From positions 197,082 through 261,081 of the forward strand of contig JAJYDJ010000002.1 of assembly GCA_021777565.1 (NCBI GenBank): 64,000 bases of DNA. Direction: 5' to 3'. Positions 1 through 10,414 of the stretch are shown piece after piece; within the stretch, counting starts at the first letter, position 1, and the number at the start of each line of letters is the position of its first letter. The position numbers and the translations under genes were made by a program. This stretch comes from a bacterium (GTDB taxonomy: Bacteria; Patescibacteriota; Microgenomatia; Levybacterales; UBA12049). Under the pieces are notes generated by a model. It saw only the letters and a list, made by a program, of their open reading frames with translations. It did not search any database and was not told where the DNA came from.

Positions 1-2211
1 AATCATCCAGTGATTCTTAACCGTGCTCCAACACTGCACAAGTTGAGTATGCAGGCATTCTATCCAAAGCTTATTGAAGGATCAGCAATCAGTTTGCATC
101 CTTGTGTGACCAGTGGATTTAACGCTGACTTTGACGGAGATCAGATGGCTGTACATATCCCACTTTCTAAGAAAGCACAACAGGAAGCTTTGGATCTCAT
201 GATGCCTCAAAACAACCTTTTGAAGCCGGCAGATAGTTCCCCAGCTAACATCCCTGCAAAGGAAATGGCAATTGGTGTCTATTACATTACCACCATTGAC
301 GAGAATCTTCGCAAAGAAGAACTCCCTGCCTTTGCGAATGCACATGAAGCAATTTTGGCTCAAGATACCAAGAAAATCGGTCTTCGTGAGCCTGTAATGG
401 TTCGTCTGGAAAAGAATGGCGAGCTGGTTGAGACAACAGTTGGTCGTATTAGATTCAATGAAGTCCTTCTGGAAGGTATGTCATACCTGAACGAAGCAGT
501 TGACGCAGGACGTATTAAGAAGCTTGTTACTGAAGCTCTGCAAAAATACACAAACAATGAAGTAGCAGTTCTTATTGATAACATCAAAGAGATCGGATTC
601 TATGGCGCGACTATCTCTGGTGTATCACTCTCAGTGTTTGACAACACCATGATTGCCAATAAAGGCGAAATGATCAATGGCGCTGAAAAGCAAGTTGAAG
701 AAATCATCTCCCAGTACGAGCAAGGTCTTATTACTATTGATGAGAGAAAGCGTTTGGTCAACGATGTCTGGATTGCAATGACTGAAAAGATTGCAGACGC
801 ATCTATGTCTAACCTCAAGCAGGACAACATGGTTCTCTTTACCATTAAATCCGGAGGTTCTCGTGGAGGCCGTGAACAGCTGAAACAGGTTCTTGGTATG
901 CGCGGACTTATTCAGGATCCAACAGGTAAGATCGTTGAATTGCCAATTAAGTCAAATTTCCGTGAAGGTCTGTCAATTTTTGAATACATTGCATCCGCTC
1001 GTGGATCTCGTAAAGGTCTTGCTGATACCGCTTTGAAGACAGCACAAGCTGGATACTTGACCCGACGTTTGGTTGATGTCTCTCATGATGTACTTATCAC
1101 CGAAGATGATTGTGGTACCACTGAAGGAGTAGTTGTTAAGATCGAGGCAGAACGCACCGCATCTTTGGAAGATCGTATTACTGGTCGTACCTCTCTTGAA
1201 AAGATTGTTGATGCAGACAAGAAGGTTTTGGTACACCCGGGTGAAGAGATTAGTCCTGAGATGGCAAAGAAGATCGCAAAGACAGGTGTTACTGAAGTGG
1301 CTGTCCGTTCACCACTCACCTGTAAACTTGCAAAAGGTGTTTGTGCAACCTGCTATGGATGGGACTTCTCAACACGAACTCGTGTAAAGAGTGGTACTCC
1401 AGTCGGAGTTGTTGCTGCACAGTCCATCGGTGAACCTGGTACTCAGCTGACTATGCGTACTAAGCATTTCGGAGGTATTTTGAAGGCTGACGTGACGCAG
1501 GGTCTCCCACGTATTGAAGAATTGTTTGAAATGCGTACACCAAAGAATTACTCAGCAGTGTCACAAATTACCGGTAAGGTAAAGATTGAACAGGTTGATG
1601 AAGGATACAAGATTACCGTGACTAACCACAAGGTTGAGCCAATCGATGTTCAGGAATACTTTGTTCCATTGGCCTCAGAACTGGCTGTGAAAGATGGGGA
1701 TGAAATCAATGCTGGGCAACCATTTGCTACTGGGTATCTTGATCCAAAAGAAGTACTGCGTGTCAGTGGTATCTCTACAACACAAAAGTATGTCATGGAT
1801 GAAATCCAGAAGGTATACGAAGCTCAGGGTATTGCTATTAACGATAAGCACTTTGAAGTAATCCTTCGCAAGATGGGCGATAAGATCATTATCGAGTCAG
1901 TTGGTGATACATCATTTGTTCCAGGAGACTTTGTCACTCGAGCACGATTTGACAATGTAAATGCTGAAGTACTCGCACAAGGTGCTATGCCAGCAACAGG
2001 TCGTCAGGTACTCCTTGGTATTACCAAGTCAGCACTGTTCTCTGACAGTTGGCTTTCAGCAGCATCATTCCAGGAGACAACCCATGTGTTAACAGAAGCA
2101 GCACTCCAGGGTCGTGAAGATAATTTGAACGGACTGAAAGAAAATGTTATCATTGGACGACTTATCCCAGTGGGTGGTAATGAGACTCCTGAGGAGGTAG
2201 TCATTAGTTAA
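1..2211 (+). CDS. rpoC: RNA polymerase beta' subunit (5'-truncated by window)
   Basis: NRAPTLH, catalytic [21 protein letters not shown] and [13 protein letters not shown] motifs; frame is open from base 1. Confidence 0.99.
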   Translation, partial: NHPVILNRAPTLHKLSMQAFYPKLIEGSAISLHPCVTSGFNADFDGDQMAVHIPLSKKAQQEALDLMMPQNNLLKPADSSPANIPAKEMAIGVYYITTIDENLRKEELPAFANAHEAILAQDTKKIGLREPVMVRLEKNGELVETTVGRIRFNEVLLEGMSYLNEAVDAGRIKKLVTEALQKYTNNEVAVLIDNIKEIGFYGATISGVSLSVFDNTMIANKGEMINGAEKQVEEIISQYEQGLITIDERKRLVNDVWIAMTEKIADASMSNLKQDNMVLFTIKSGGSRGGREQLKQVLGMRGLIQDPTGKIVELPIKSNFREGLSIFEYIASARGSRKGLADTALKTAQAGYLTRRLVDVSHDVLITEDDCGTTEGVVVKIEAERTASLEDRITGRTSLEKIVDADKKVLVHPGEEISPEMAKKIAKTGVTEVAVRSPLTCKLAKGVCATCYGWDFSTRTRVKSGTPVGVVAAQSIGEPGTQLTMRTKHFGGILKADVTQGLPRIEELFEMRTPKNYSAVSQITGKVKIEQVDEGYKITVTNHKVEPIDVQEYFVPLASELAVKDGDEINAGQPFATGYLDPKEVLRVSGISTTQKYVMDEIQKVYEAQGIAINDKHFEVILRKMGDKIIIESVGDTSFVPGDFVTRARFDNVNAEVLAQGAMPATGRQVLLGITKSALFSDSWLSAASFQETTHVLTEAALQGREDNLNGLKENVIIGRLIPVGGNETPEEVVIS

Positions 2212-2215
2212 TTCT

Positions 2216-2638
2216 ATGCCAACGTTATCTCAATTAGTTCGTAAGGGTCGTGGAAAGAAAATTAAGCGTGTTCGCGCTACTGGTTTGTTGCGCTCATATA
2301 ACGCAAAAGATCGTCGATACAGTGCTACCGCTGCTCCACAAAAAAGAGGAGTAGTCACTCTGGTAAAGACAATGACACCTAAAAAACCAAACTCTGCGCT
2401 TCGAAAGGTTGCTAAAGTGCGTCTTTCCAACCGTATGGAAATCACTGCCTATATTCAAGGTGTTGGACACAGTTTGGCAGAACACGGTATCGTTTTGGTC
2501 CGTGGAGGTCGTGTAAAAGACTTGCCAGGTGTTAAGTATCATATCGTCCGTGGTAAGTTTGATTTACAAGGAGTTCAAAATAGAAAAACTTCCCGAAGTG
2601 TATATGGAACCAAGCGCCCGGCTCCGGCTAAGGCATAA
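2216..2638 (+). CDS. rpsL: 30S ribosomal protein S12
   Basis: [21 protein letters not shown]. Confidence 0.99.
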   Translation: MPTLSQLVRKGRGKKIKRVRATGLLRSYNAKDRRYSATAAPQKRGVVTLVKTMTPKKPNSALRKVAKVRLSNRMEITAYIQGVGHSLAEHGIVLVRGGRVKDLPGVKYHIVRGKFDLQGVQNRKTSRSVYGTKRPAPAKA

Positions 2639-2646
2639 ATAAACCT

Positions 2647-3120
2647 ATGAGACATAAAAAAGCACCAAAAAGAATTATTAATCCAGATCCAATTTATGCA
2701 AGTGTATTGGTCTCTCAATTGACCAATCGCATCATGAAGGATGGGAAAAAGACAACCGCTGAAAAGCATGTCTATGCTCTTATGGATGCCTTGAAAGAAA
2801 AAGGTATGGATCCGATTGCTACCCTGGATAAGGCAATCCTGACCATTTCACCAAAAGTTGAGCTGAAAGCACGACGTGTTGGTGGTGCCAACTATCAAGT
2901 GCCAATTGATGTTCGTCCAGATCGTCGTGTCAGTCTTGGGCTTCGTTGGTTAGTAGATGCAGCCAGATCACGATCAAATAAAGAATATCATTTTTTCTGG
3001 CAAAAACTTCTGGCTGAGATTACTGACGCGCTTAATGAGCAAGGTGCCGCAATTACCAAGCGCAATAATACCCTCAAGCAGGCAGAGGCTAACAAAGCAT
3101 TTGCACACTTCAGATTCTAG
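2647..3120 (+). CDS. rpsG: 30S ribosomal protein S7
   Basis: RRVGGANYQVP, AEANKAFAHFRF. Confidence 0.99.
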   Translation: MRHKKAPKRIINPDPIYASVLVSQLTNRIMKDGKKTTAEKHVYALMDALKEKGMDPIATLDKAILTISPKVELKARRVGGANYQVPIDVRPDRRVSLGLRWLVDAARSRSNKEYHFFWQKLLAEITDALNEQGAAITKRNNTLKQAEANKAFAHFRF

Positions 3121-3138
3121 TCTTGCTATACTAGATAC

Positions 3139-3774
3139 ATGCTTTCTACAATTCTTTTCGATTTTGATGGTACCATCGCCGATACCTTTGAGCCAGCTAT
3201 AGATATTTTGTATGACATGGCGGATAAATATCATTATCCAAAGGTTGATAAGGAAGAGATTACCAAGATGCGCTCCTTGTCCATGAAAGAGGTGTGTGAC
3301 CAGCTGCATGTGCCATTGTGGAGGTTGCCATTTATCGCGGCAGAGCTTCAGGGACGGCTCTATGCCCACATGGAGCAAATACCTGCGTTTAAGGGCATGC
3401 CAGAGGCCTTAGAAAGGCTCAAGGGAATGGGGTACCGTTTGGGAATTGTCAGTTCCAACAATCAGCAAAATATCCAGCGGTTTCTCAAAGCACAGCATAT
3501 TGATGTCTTTGATGCCATTTATAGTGAAACAAGTATTTTTGGTAAAGCACGAGTTATCAGGGGATTTTTACAAAAATATCATGTGCAAAAGGATCATGTC
3601 GTCTATGTTGGTGATGAGATGCGAGACATAGAAGCTGCCAAACAAGTTGGTGTCCCAATGATTGCCGTAACATGGGGCCTTAATCTCAAGACTTCTTTGG
3701 AGAAGTTGCACCCAGAGTTTATCGCTGACTCGCCTAAAGAACTCATTGATGTTATCAAATCCTACAATACCTAA
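3139..3774 (+). CDS. HAD-family hydrolase (phosphoglycolate phosphatase-like)
   Basis: LFDFDGTIAD motif I, VSSN, YVGDEMRD motif IV. Confidence 0.9.
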   Translation: MLSTILFDFDGTIADTFEPAIDILYDMADKYHYPKVDKEEITKMRSLSMKEVCDQLHVPLWRLPFIAAELQGRLYAHMEQIPAFKGMPEALERLKGMGYRLGIVSSNNQQNIQRFLKAQHIDVFDAIYSETSIFGKARVIRGFLQKYHVQKDHVVYVGDEMRDIEAAKQVGVPMIAVTWGLNLKTSLEKLHPEFIADSPKELIDVIKSYNT

Positions 3775-3794
3775 CGATTTGCTATACTGTGTAT

Positions 3795-4436
3795 ATGCAG
3801 ACACTTCGTTGGCTTGGCCATGCTTCATTTCTCATAGATGAAAAATATTATATCGACCCATTTGAACTCCCTGAAGGTGATCTTCCAAAGGCTGACATTA
3901 TTTTTATCACTCATCCCCATCATGACCATTTTTCCCCCGCTGATATTGAGCGTGTTATAACACCTCAGACACTTATTGTCGCGCCGCAGGAGTGTCTGGA
4001 GACACTGCCGTATCCTGATGCACAAAAACAGATTGTAACGCCTCTACTTACAGGGAAAGCTCGCGACATAGATTTTATGACACTTCCTGCATACAATATG
4101 CATCCAGAAAAGCTGCAATTTCATCCAAAAGAAAAAGGATGGGTAGGATTTGTATTAGATATTGGTGGTAAACGAATTTATCACGCCGGGGATACCGATT
4201 TGATCCCAGAGATGTCTTCTCTCACCGATAAGCATGTTGATCTCGCATTATTGCCAATGGGCGGGATCTACACCATGGAAGTTGAAGAAGCAGCTCAGGC
4301 AGCCAACACAATTCAGGCCAAAACGACATCACCAATGCATTATAAAAGGCTTTTACAGGAGACGTCTCAAGATGCAGAAGCAAAATTCCAATCATTGGTG
4401 CATCTTTCTCAGGTTCAAATTTTGCAAGAAAAGTAA
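3795..4436 (+). CDS. MBL-fold metallo-hydrolase
   Basis: WLGHAS, THPHHDH, YHAGDT, PMHY; ATG at 3795 chosen over the GTG at 3789. Confidence 0.9.
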   Translation: MQTLRWLGHASFLIDEKYYIDPFELPEGDLPKADIIFITHPHHDHFSPADIERVITPQTLIVAPQECLETLPYPDAQKQIVTPLLTGKARDIDFMTLPAYNMHPEKLQFHPKEKGWVGFVLDIGGKRIYHAGDTDLIPEMSSLTDKHVDLALLPMGGIYTMEVEEAAQAANTIQAKTTSPMHYKRLLQETSQDAEAKFQSLVHLSQVQILQEK

Positions 4437-5180
4437 TTATTCTACCGTTATAGAAAGCATCTTATCTCCGACTTGAAGTTTATGCACGACATCCATCCCA
4501 GAGATCACGCGGGCAAAAATAGTGTAGTTATGAGGAAGAGATGGATTATCAGCCAGCATGATAAAAAATTGTGAACCATTGGTGTTTGGTCCACGATTGG
4601 CCATTGCTACTATCCCTTCTCGATAGCCAGCTTTATAACTGTCAGTGTTAGGATTGAGTTCATCTTCAAAGGTTGGACCGTAAATTGAAACCCCCCCAGT
4701 GCCATTGCCATTCGGGTCTCCACCTTGGACGACAAAACCTGGTTCTACTCGGTGAAACGTGAGTCCATCATAGTAATGATATCTGGCAAGCGTTTCAAAG
4801 TTTGTAACTGTTTTTGGTGCGTCTGAGTTGAAAAATTGCAACCTGATGGTACCTTTGGTAGTTGTAATAGTGGCGGTTGTTGCAAGAGATATCCAATTGT
4901 TTTTATCAGCCCAAGGAGCCCCTGATGGACTTGCAACATTTTGTGAATCTGGCATAGGTGATGGGGTGAGTATAGCAGATGACTGCTGGTCTTGTGCTTG
5001 CGCCTGAATCTGGGGTTGAGTCTGTGTTTGCGCCTGAGTTTGAGCCTGAGATTGCGCCTGTGCAAAGGCCGGGGTAGGTGTTTCTTGTGATGGTAGGGGG
5101 GAAGATTTGGGCGTAATAAAGAAATTTTCTGCTGCGAAGAAAATACCAGCAGCAATCACGATTAGAAAGACATATTTCAT
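4437..5180 (-). CDS. Membrane-anchored/exported cyclophilin-type peptidyl-prolyl isomerase
   Basis: FHRVEPGFVVQGGDP, AMANRGPNTNGSQFFI; N-terminal hydrophobic helix and Q-rich linker. Confidence 0.93.
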   Translation of the reverse strand: MKYVFLIVIAAGIFFAAENFFITPKSSPLPSQETPTPAFAQAQSQAQTQAQTQTQPQIQAQAQDQQSSAILTPSPMPDSQNVASPSGAPWADKNNWISLATTATITTTKGTIRLQFFNSDAPKTVTNFETLARYHYYDGLTFHRVEPGFVVQGGDPNGNGTGGVSIYGPTFEDELNPNTDSYKAGYREGIVAMANRGPNTNGSQFFIMLADNPSLPHNYTIFARVISGMDVVHKLQVGDKMLSITVE

Positions 5181-5239
5181 ACGTGATTGTATTCTAGTAC
5201 ATTTTAAAAAAATATGGTAGAATATCCTTACACATTTTT

Positions 5240-7384
5240 ATGGCCGATACAGCACCACGTAAACAAGACCTCGCAAAAATTCGCAATATTGGTATTATTG
5301 CGCATATTGACGCAGGGAAAACAACCACAACTGAAAGAATTCTTTACTACACAGGGCGCACTTACAAAATTGGTGATATTGACGAAGGAAATACCCAAAT
5401 GGACTGGATGGAACAGGAAAAAGAGCGCGGTATTACTATCGTTTCTGCTGCTACCACCACATTCTGGACTCATAGTGATGACAAGGCTGCTGGTAAAGAT
5501 GAAACATATCGCTTCAATATTATTGATACTCCAGGGCACGTAGACTTTACTGCAGAAGTAGAACGATCACTTCGTGTGCTTGATGGAGGCATTACTGTTC
5601 TTGATGCAGAAGAAGGCGTACAGGCGCAAAGTGAAACCGTATGGCGCCAGGCCGATAAATATAAGGTTCCACGTCTGTGTTTTGTGAATAAAATGGACAA
5701 GTTGGGTGCAAATTTCTTGGCTACTGTTGACAGTGTTGTTGAGAAGCTTGGTGCCAATCCTGCAATCATGGTGTTGCCAATTGGTGCAGAGAATACCTAC
5801 ACAGGAAATGTTGATCTGTTAACCCGTAAATCATATCTCTGGCTGCATGCTGATGAAACCGGTGCCAAATATGAAGTTCGTGATGAAGTACCAGAAGAGA
5901 TGAAAGAAGAAGTTGAAAAGTATCGTGCAAAGTTGATTGAACAAATTTGTGAAACTGATGATGTGCTTCTAGAAAAATTCTTTGCAGGCGAAGAACCATC
6001 TTTGCCAGAACTGAAGGCAGCACTTCGTAAAGCAGTTATCGGATATAAGTTGGTTCCAATGTTTGCTGGTGCAAGTCTTCGCCACAAGGGAGTACAACCA
6101 GTGCTTGATGCTGTTATTGATTATCTTCCATCTCCAGTTGATTTGGACCACGTAAAAGGTGAAAATCCAAAGACAGGTGAGGCAGAAGAGAGACATCTTA
6201 CTACTGAAGAACCACTCTGCGGATTAGCATTCAAAATCCAAGTTGATCCACACGTTGGTAAATTGACATACTTCCGTGTGTACTCTGGTAAAGTAACCGC
6301 AGGCTCATACATTTACAACAGTACCAAGGGAGTAACTGAGCGTATTGGTCGTATTCTTCTCATGCATGCCAACGATCGTGAAGAAATTAAAGAAGCATTT
6401 GCAGGGGAAATCGTCGCATTGGTTGGTCTCAAAGACACGGTAACAGGAGATACTCTTTGTGATGATAAATCACCAATTGTACTCGAGAAAATTACCTTCC
6501 CAGAACCAGTCATCTCTCTTGCTATTGAGCCAAAGACCAAGACAGACCAGGAAAGACTTGGTATGGCACTTAAGCGTTTGACAGAAGAAGATCCAACATT
6601 CCAGGTCAAGACCAACCATGAAACCAACCAAACCATTATTTCCGGTATTGGAGAATTACAACTTGAAGTTATGGTAGATCGTATGAAGCGTGAATTTAAC
6701 GTGTTGGCCAACGTCGGTGCCCCACAGGTAGCGTACAAAGAAACCATCAAGCGTCTTGCTGAAGGTGAAGGAAAATATATCCGCCAGTCAGGTGGTAAAG
6801 GTCAGTACGGTCACTGCTGGTTGAGGATTGAACCCCAGCCACGTGGTGAAGGATTCAAATTCGTCAACGCTATTAAAGGTGGCGCAATCCCTGCTGAATT
6901 CGTCTCATCCATTGAAAAAGGTGTCAAGGAGTCAGTAGAAAATGGTGTATTCTTAGGTTATCCAGTAGTAGACGTAAAAGTTACTGTCTATGATGGATCA
7001 TTCCACGAAGTTGATTCATCTGATATGGCATTTAAGATTGCTGCATCCATGGCTTTCCAGGCAGCAACGAAAAAAGCAGATATCACGCTTCTTGAGCCTA
7101 TCATGAAGGTGGAAGTCACCACGCCAAAAGAATATATGGGTGATATTATTGGTGATCTTTCTAGTAAGCGTGCACAAATCATGGGTACACAAGATAGATC
7201 AAACGCAACTATTATTCTGGCTCAAGTGCCTCTTGCTGAACTTTCAGGGTATGCCACAGCATTGCGCTCAATGTCAAAAGGTCGTGCCAGTTACTATATG
7301 GAAGCAAGTCACTACGACGAAGTGCCATCTAACATCATCGCGCAAATGCAATCTAAGTCAACCTTCACAGGACGTGTTGAGTAA
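5240..7384 (+). CDS. fusA: Elongation factor G
   Basis: AHIDAGKTT, RGITI, DTPGH, NKMD, QSGGKGQYG. Confidence 0.99.
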   Translation: MADTAPRKQDLAKIRNIGIIAHIDAGKTTTTERILYYTGRTYKIGDIDEGNTQMDWMEQEKERGITIVSAATTTFWTHSDDKAAGKDETYRFNIIDTPGHVDFTAEVERSLRVLDGGITVLDAEEGVQAQSETVWRQADKYKVPRLCFVNKMDKLGANFLATVDSVVEKLGANPAIMVLPIGAENTYTGNVDLLTRKSYLWLHADETGAKYEVRDEVPEEMKEEVEKYRAKLIEQICETDDVLLEKFFAGEEPSLPELKAALRKAVIGYKLVPMFAGASLRHKGVQPVLDAVIDYLPSPVDLDHVKGENPKTGEAEERHLTTEEPLCGLAFKIQVDPHVGKLTYFRVYSGKVTAGSYIYNSTKGVTERIGRILLMHANDREEIKEAFAGEIVALVGLKDTVTGDTLCDDKSPIVLEKITFPEPVISLAIEPKTKTDQERLGMALKRLTEEDPTFQVKTNHETNQTIISGIGELQLEVMVDRMKREFNVLANVGAPQVAYKETIKRLAEGEGKYIRQSGGKGQYGHCWLRIEPQPRGEGFKFVNAIKGGAIPAEFVSSIEKGVKESVENGVFLGYPVVDVKVTVYDGSFHEVDSSDMAFKIAASMAFQAATKKADITLLEPIMKVEVTTPKEYMGDIIGDLSSKRAQIMGTQDRSNATIILAQVPLAELSGYATALRSMSKGRASYYMEASHYDEVPSNIIAQMQSKSTFTGRVE

Positions 7385-7387
7385 TAT

Positions 7388-7834
7388 ATGACAGTAGAGG
7401 ATGCAACTTCTTCTACTTCCGCTTCTGAATCTGTTTCTATCCAATTTTCAGGACCACGAGAAAGTGATTTCCCACAGGTGAGAGCTGTTAGGCAGGTTCT
7501 TGATCTAAGGCCTGATCCTGATCAGGAGGCTAATGCAGGTTCATTCTGGGGGAAAAATGAAAGACCAGATGCTCCTTCACTCACAACAACGACAGATGGT
7601 ACAGAGGGAAGAAGACATATGCGTGTTGATGTTCCCATATCAGTGCTGCCGGTTGCCTTCTCTGTTGGTCAGCAATTGTATATCGTTCATGAAAGAAGTG
7701 TGCATACAGTGATAGTTGATAGTACACGACGCTATGTCTCTCAAAGGAGTACGAGCCACGAAGGAATGACATCTCTACAAGTAGATCCCTTTGACGATAC
7801 TCGTGATGTTGAAGTAAATATCAGCCGTCGCTGA
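7388..7834 (+). CDS. Hypothetical protein
   Basis: 148-aa ORF 3 nt after the fusA stop (TAATATATG); no recognisable motif. Confidence 0.55.
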   Translation: MTVEDATSSTSASESVSIQFSGPRESDFPQVRAVRQVLDLRPDPDQEANAGSFWGKNERPDAPSLTTTTDGTEGRRHMRVDVPISVLPVAFSVGQQLYIVHERSVHTVIVDSTRRYVSQRSTSHEGMTSLQVDPFDDTRDVEVNISRR

Positions 7835-7899
7835 TCATCTTTCATTTTGACAACATCTCATATTTCTACTATCGTAAGTAGTGAAAGGAGGTGATTTAT

Positions 7900-8292
7900 A
7901 TTTCAAACAAATTAGTAATGGTCGCGATTGTGGCACTCGCTCTTGGCCTTGGATTATATACAGGCTATCGGTTCGAGAAAAGAAAACTTGATACGATTGT
8001 TGGTGCGAGAGACATGATGTACACCAAACAACTCCATGAGCTACAAGGTTCAAATGACCAGCTTTCTATCTCATCAATGCTGGGGAAAGATCACTATATT
8101 GTCCAAAATGGAAAGGTTTTATTCGTAACGCAAGCAACAACTGAAGTGAAAAAAGATGTTGTCTTGGACAATCAAAGTACATTGACCACGGACGGAGTAT
8201 TTACTCCTAAAAATGGATCAAAGCAAACCTTGAGTAATGGTGCACTCATTTGGCCAGATGGTACCGTTTGGGTACATGGGAAAAGTTGGTAG
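7900..8292 (+). CDS. Membrane-anchored protein with C-terminal beta-repeat domain (DUF6799-like); start uncertain (ATT 7900 or ATG 7918)
   Basis: N-terminal TM helix; QNGKV...TTDG...KNG...PDGTV pattern; strong SD AAAGGAGGTGA at 7884-7894. Confidence 0.7.
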   Translation: MSNKLVMVAIVALALGLGLYTGYRFEKRKLDTIVGARDMMYTKQLHELQGSNDQLSISSMLGKDHYIVQNGKVLFVTQATTEVKKDVVLDNQSTLTTDGVFTPKNGSKQTLSNGALIWPDGTVWVHGKSW

Positions 8293-8357
8293 TAGATAAC
8301 ACATGGTGTCGTTTCATCCATAATACATGGAGAGGTATTTTTTTGTGGTCAAATTGG

Positions 8358-9383
8358 TCAGTATGTTCTTTTGAGGTTGTAGGCGAGTAACTCTTCAAGT
8401 ATGTTTGCATGGGTGAGTAGCGTGAGGTTCTTTTGTATCTCTTCTGCATGCATTGCCTCATCTTTCATCTGTTTTAGGATCTGTTCTTGTATATCATATC
8501 TCTGAAAAAGCTGCATAAGTGCGTCCAGTTGTTCCCTTGTAGCACCTTCATTTGCAAATACTGTATCAAACATGTTTTTCTCCTCAGGAGATATTTTCTC
8601 AAGAAGAGAAAGTACGTGAAATGTATATTTCCCTTCCCGGATATCTGAACCGACTGGTTTCCCAATTTCTTCTTCATTGCCAAAAAGCCCAATCGTGTCG
8701 TCTTGTAGTTGAAATATGGTACCAAGGTGCTCACCGAAGGCAGCGAGTTGGTTTTGTATCTGGTCAGGGAGTTGAGCACAGAGCGCCCCAATCATGAAAG
8801 GGAGTGAGAAGGTGTAACGAGCTGTTTTGGTGCGATAAGTTTGCAAAACAGTCTCTTTGGTTGGCTTGCCTCCTGGTACATACACATCCTGCATTTGACC
8901 AAGAGCGACATTGGCAAGCTCTTGAGAAAAAAGACTAATGACTTTTTGCTTGATCGTATCGCTTACATTCGCTTCTGAAACGAGTCTATATGAGAGAAAG
9001 ATCCCAATGTCTGCGACATAAAAGGCCATAGATTCGGCGGTATGAGGATTGGGGGTTTGTGTCATAAATTGTGCCTGCATACTTGGTTTGCCACGTCTAA
9101 GCATATCCTGATCAGTAACGTCATCCTGAATAAGAAGACTCGCATGAAAGAGTTCCATCGCTGCAGCAATAGGGAGTATATTGGCGGGATTGAAAGATGG
9201 ATCTTCAGAGGCGATGAGCAGAATACTGTTGCCTCTCACCGCTTTCCCACTTTGGCAGAACGAAATAAGTTTAGTGAATGCGTCCTCTCCCCAGACAAAA
9301 TCTTTGTGCAGCTCTTTTTGTGCCTCCAAGAAGGTCTTAAGGGTCTCTCGAATATCTTTGGTATAGGTAAAAAAATGGTCCAT
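8358..9383 (-). CDS. Polyprenyl synthetase (GGPP synthase-like)
   Basis: GKAVR, first DD motif QDDVTDQDMLRRG, KTARY, second motif QLQDD...GKPVGSDIREGK. Confidence 0.95.
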   Translation of the reverse strand: MDHFFTYTKDIRETLKTFLEAQKELHKDFVWGEDAFTKLISFCQSGKAVRGNSILLIASEDPSFNPANILPIAAAMELFHASLLIQDDVTDQDMLRRGKPSMQAQFMTQTPNPHTAESMAFYVADIGIFLSYRLVSEANVSDTIKQKVISLFSQELANVALGQMQDVYVPGGKPTKETVLQTYRTKTARYTFSLPFMIGALCAQLPDQIQNQLAAFGEHLGTIFQLQDDTIGLFGNEEEIGKPVGSDIREGKYTFHVLSLLEKISPEEKNMFDTVFANEGATREQLDALMQLFQRYDIQEQILKQMKDEAMHAEEIQKNLTLLTHANILEELLAYNLKRTY

Positions 9384-9384
9384 A

Positions 9385-10263
9385 TTAATGTTGCCACGAT
9401 AAATATTGTCCAGTTGAGAGAAGTCTTCCTCCTACTGATTCTTTCAGTGCAAGCTCCCCAATCTTGAGGTTCCCACCAAGGTTCGGGAAGTAATCCATAA
9501 AAACATTCTCAAGCATAATACTTGATGAGGAGATGGCATACGCATTTACGATAATAAAGAGTGGTGTATCAGAAAGTACTTTGCTAGAAAGCTCCATTAA
9601 CTCTGGGAAAAAATCATTAAATTTCCAGATATTTCCCTGTGGCCCATGTCCAAAAACTGGGGGATCCATGATAATACCGTCATACTTTACTCCACGTTTA
9701 ACCTCTCGTTGTAAAAACTTTACACAGTCGTCCAATATCCATCGAATTGGTTTATCGTCCAAATGAGAAAGATGTTGATTCTCTCGTGCCCAGGCGATCG
9801 CAGGTTTACTTGCATCCACATGAGTGACGCTGGCCCCTGACTGAGCCGCGATAAGACTTGCTGCTCCTGTGTAGGCAAAAAGATTAAGAATCCGTGGACT
9901 TTTGCCTTGTTTGGCTGAGTCCGTGACAGCAGATTCAATACTGTCCCACTGGATATGTTGTTCTGGGAACACGCCGGTGTGTTTAAATGGGCTCAATTTC
10001 ATCTGAAGGGTGATATTCTTATACGTAATTGGCCATTGCTGACTCATGAGCGGATTTTCCTTTACCCATTGACCTTTGTCTGCAGTTGTTCTTTGAAAGA
10101 TGGCATCAGCCTTCTGCCAAAGACTCTCGGGTGCTTTTTTCTTCCAGATAACTTGTGGATCAGGTCTTTGAAGGGTATATTTGCCAAACTTTTCTAACCG
10201 ATATCCATCGCCACTATCAATAAGTTCGTACTGATCCCAGCCATTTGTCTGTAAAACGTCCAT
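9385..10263 (-). CDS. Class I SAM-dependent methyltransferase (RlmI/RlmK-like)
   Basis: HTGVFPEQ, LNLFAYTG, MDPPVF; start moved to ATG 10263. Confidence 0.88.
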   Translation of the reverse strand: MDVLQTNGWDQYELIDSGDGYRLEKFGKYTLQRPDPQVIWKKKAPESLWQKADAIFQRTTADKGQWVKENPLMSQQWPITYKNITLQMKLSPFKHTGVFPEQHIQWDSIESAVTDSAKQGKSPRILNLFAYTGAASLIAAQSGASVTHVDASKPAIAWARENQHLSHLDDKPIRWILDDCVKFLQREVKRGVKYDGIIMDPPVFGHGPQGNIWKFNDFFPELMELSSKVLSDTPLFIIVNAYAISSSSIMLENVFMDYFPNLGGNLKIGELALKESVGGRLLSTGQYLSWQH

Positions 10264-10346
10264 AAGAGTATTATAGCAGGTAGGCATAGGATGTGTATCA
10301 AAGTATATCAAAATGCACAAATTTGCACTTTGCTTGCTAAAAAGTG

Positions 10347-10375
10347 TTGACGAAAGAAAAAATATTTTGTATCAT
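10347..10375 (+). promoter_or_regulatory. sigma70-type promoter for tuf
   Basis: TTGACG-17 bp-TATCAT. Confidence 0.7.
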
Positions 10376-10414
10376 ACATTCAGTCTCAATTTTCTCGGGA
10401 CTTTTTTAAAGCAT

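Noticed and set aside
10313-10414. N-terminal extension of EF-Tu (likewise for SecY, L15, L18, S14, MFS and VOC in the track)
   Set aside because: Longest-ORF artefacts; homology and promoter positions support the downstream ATGs
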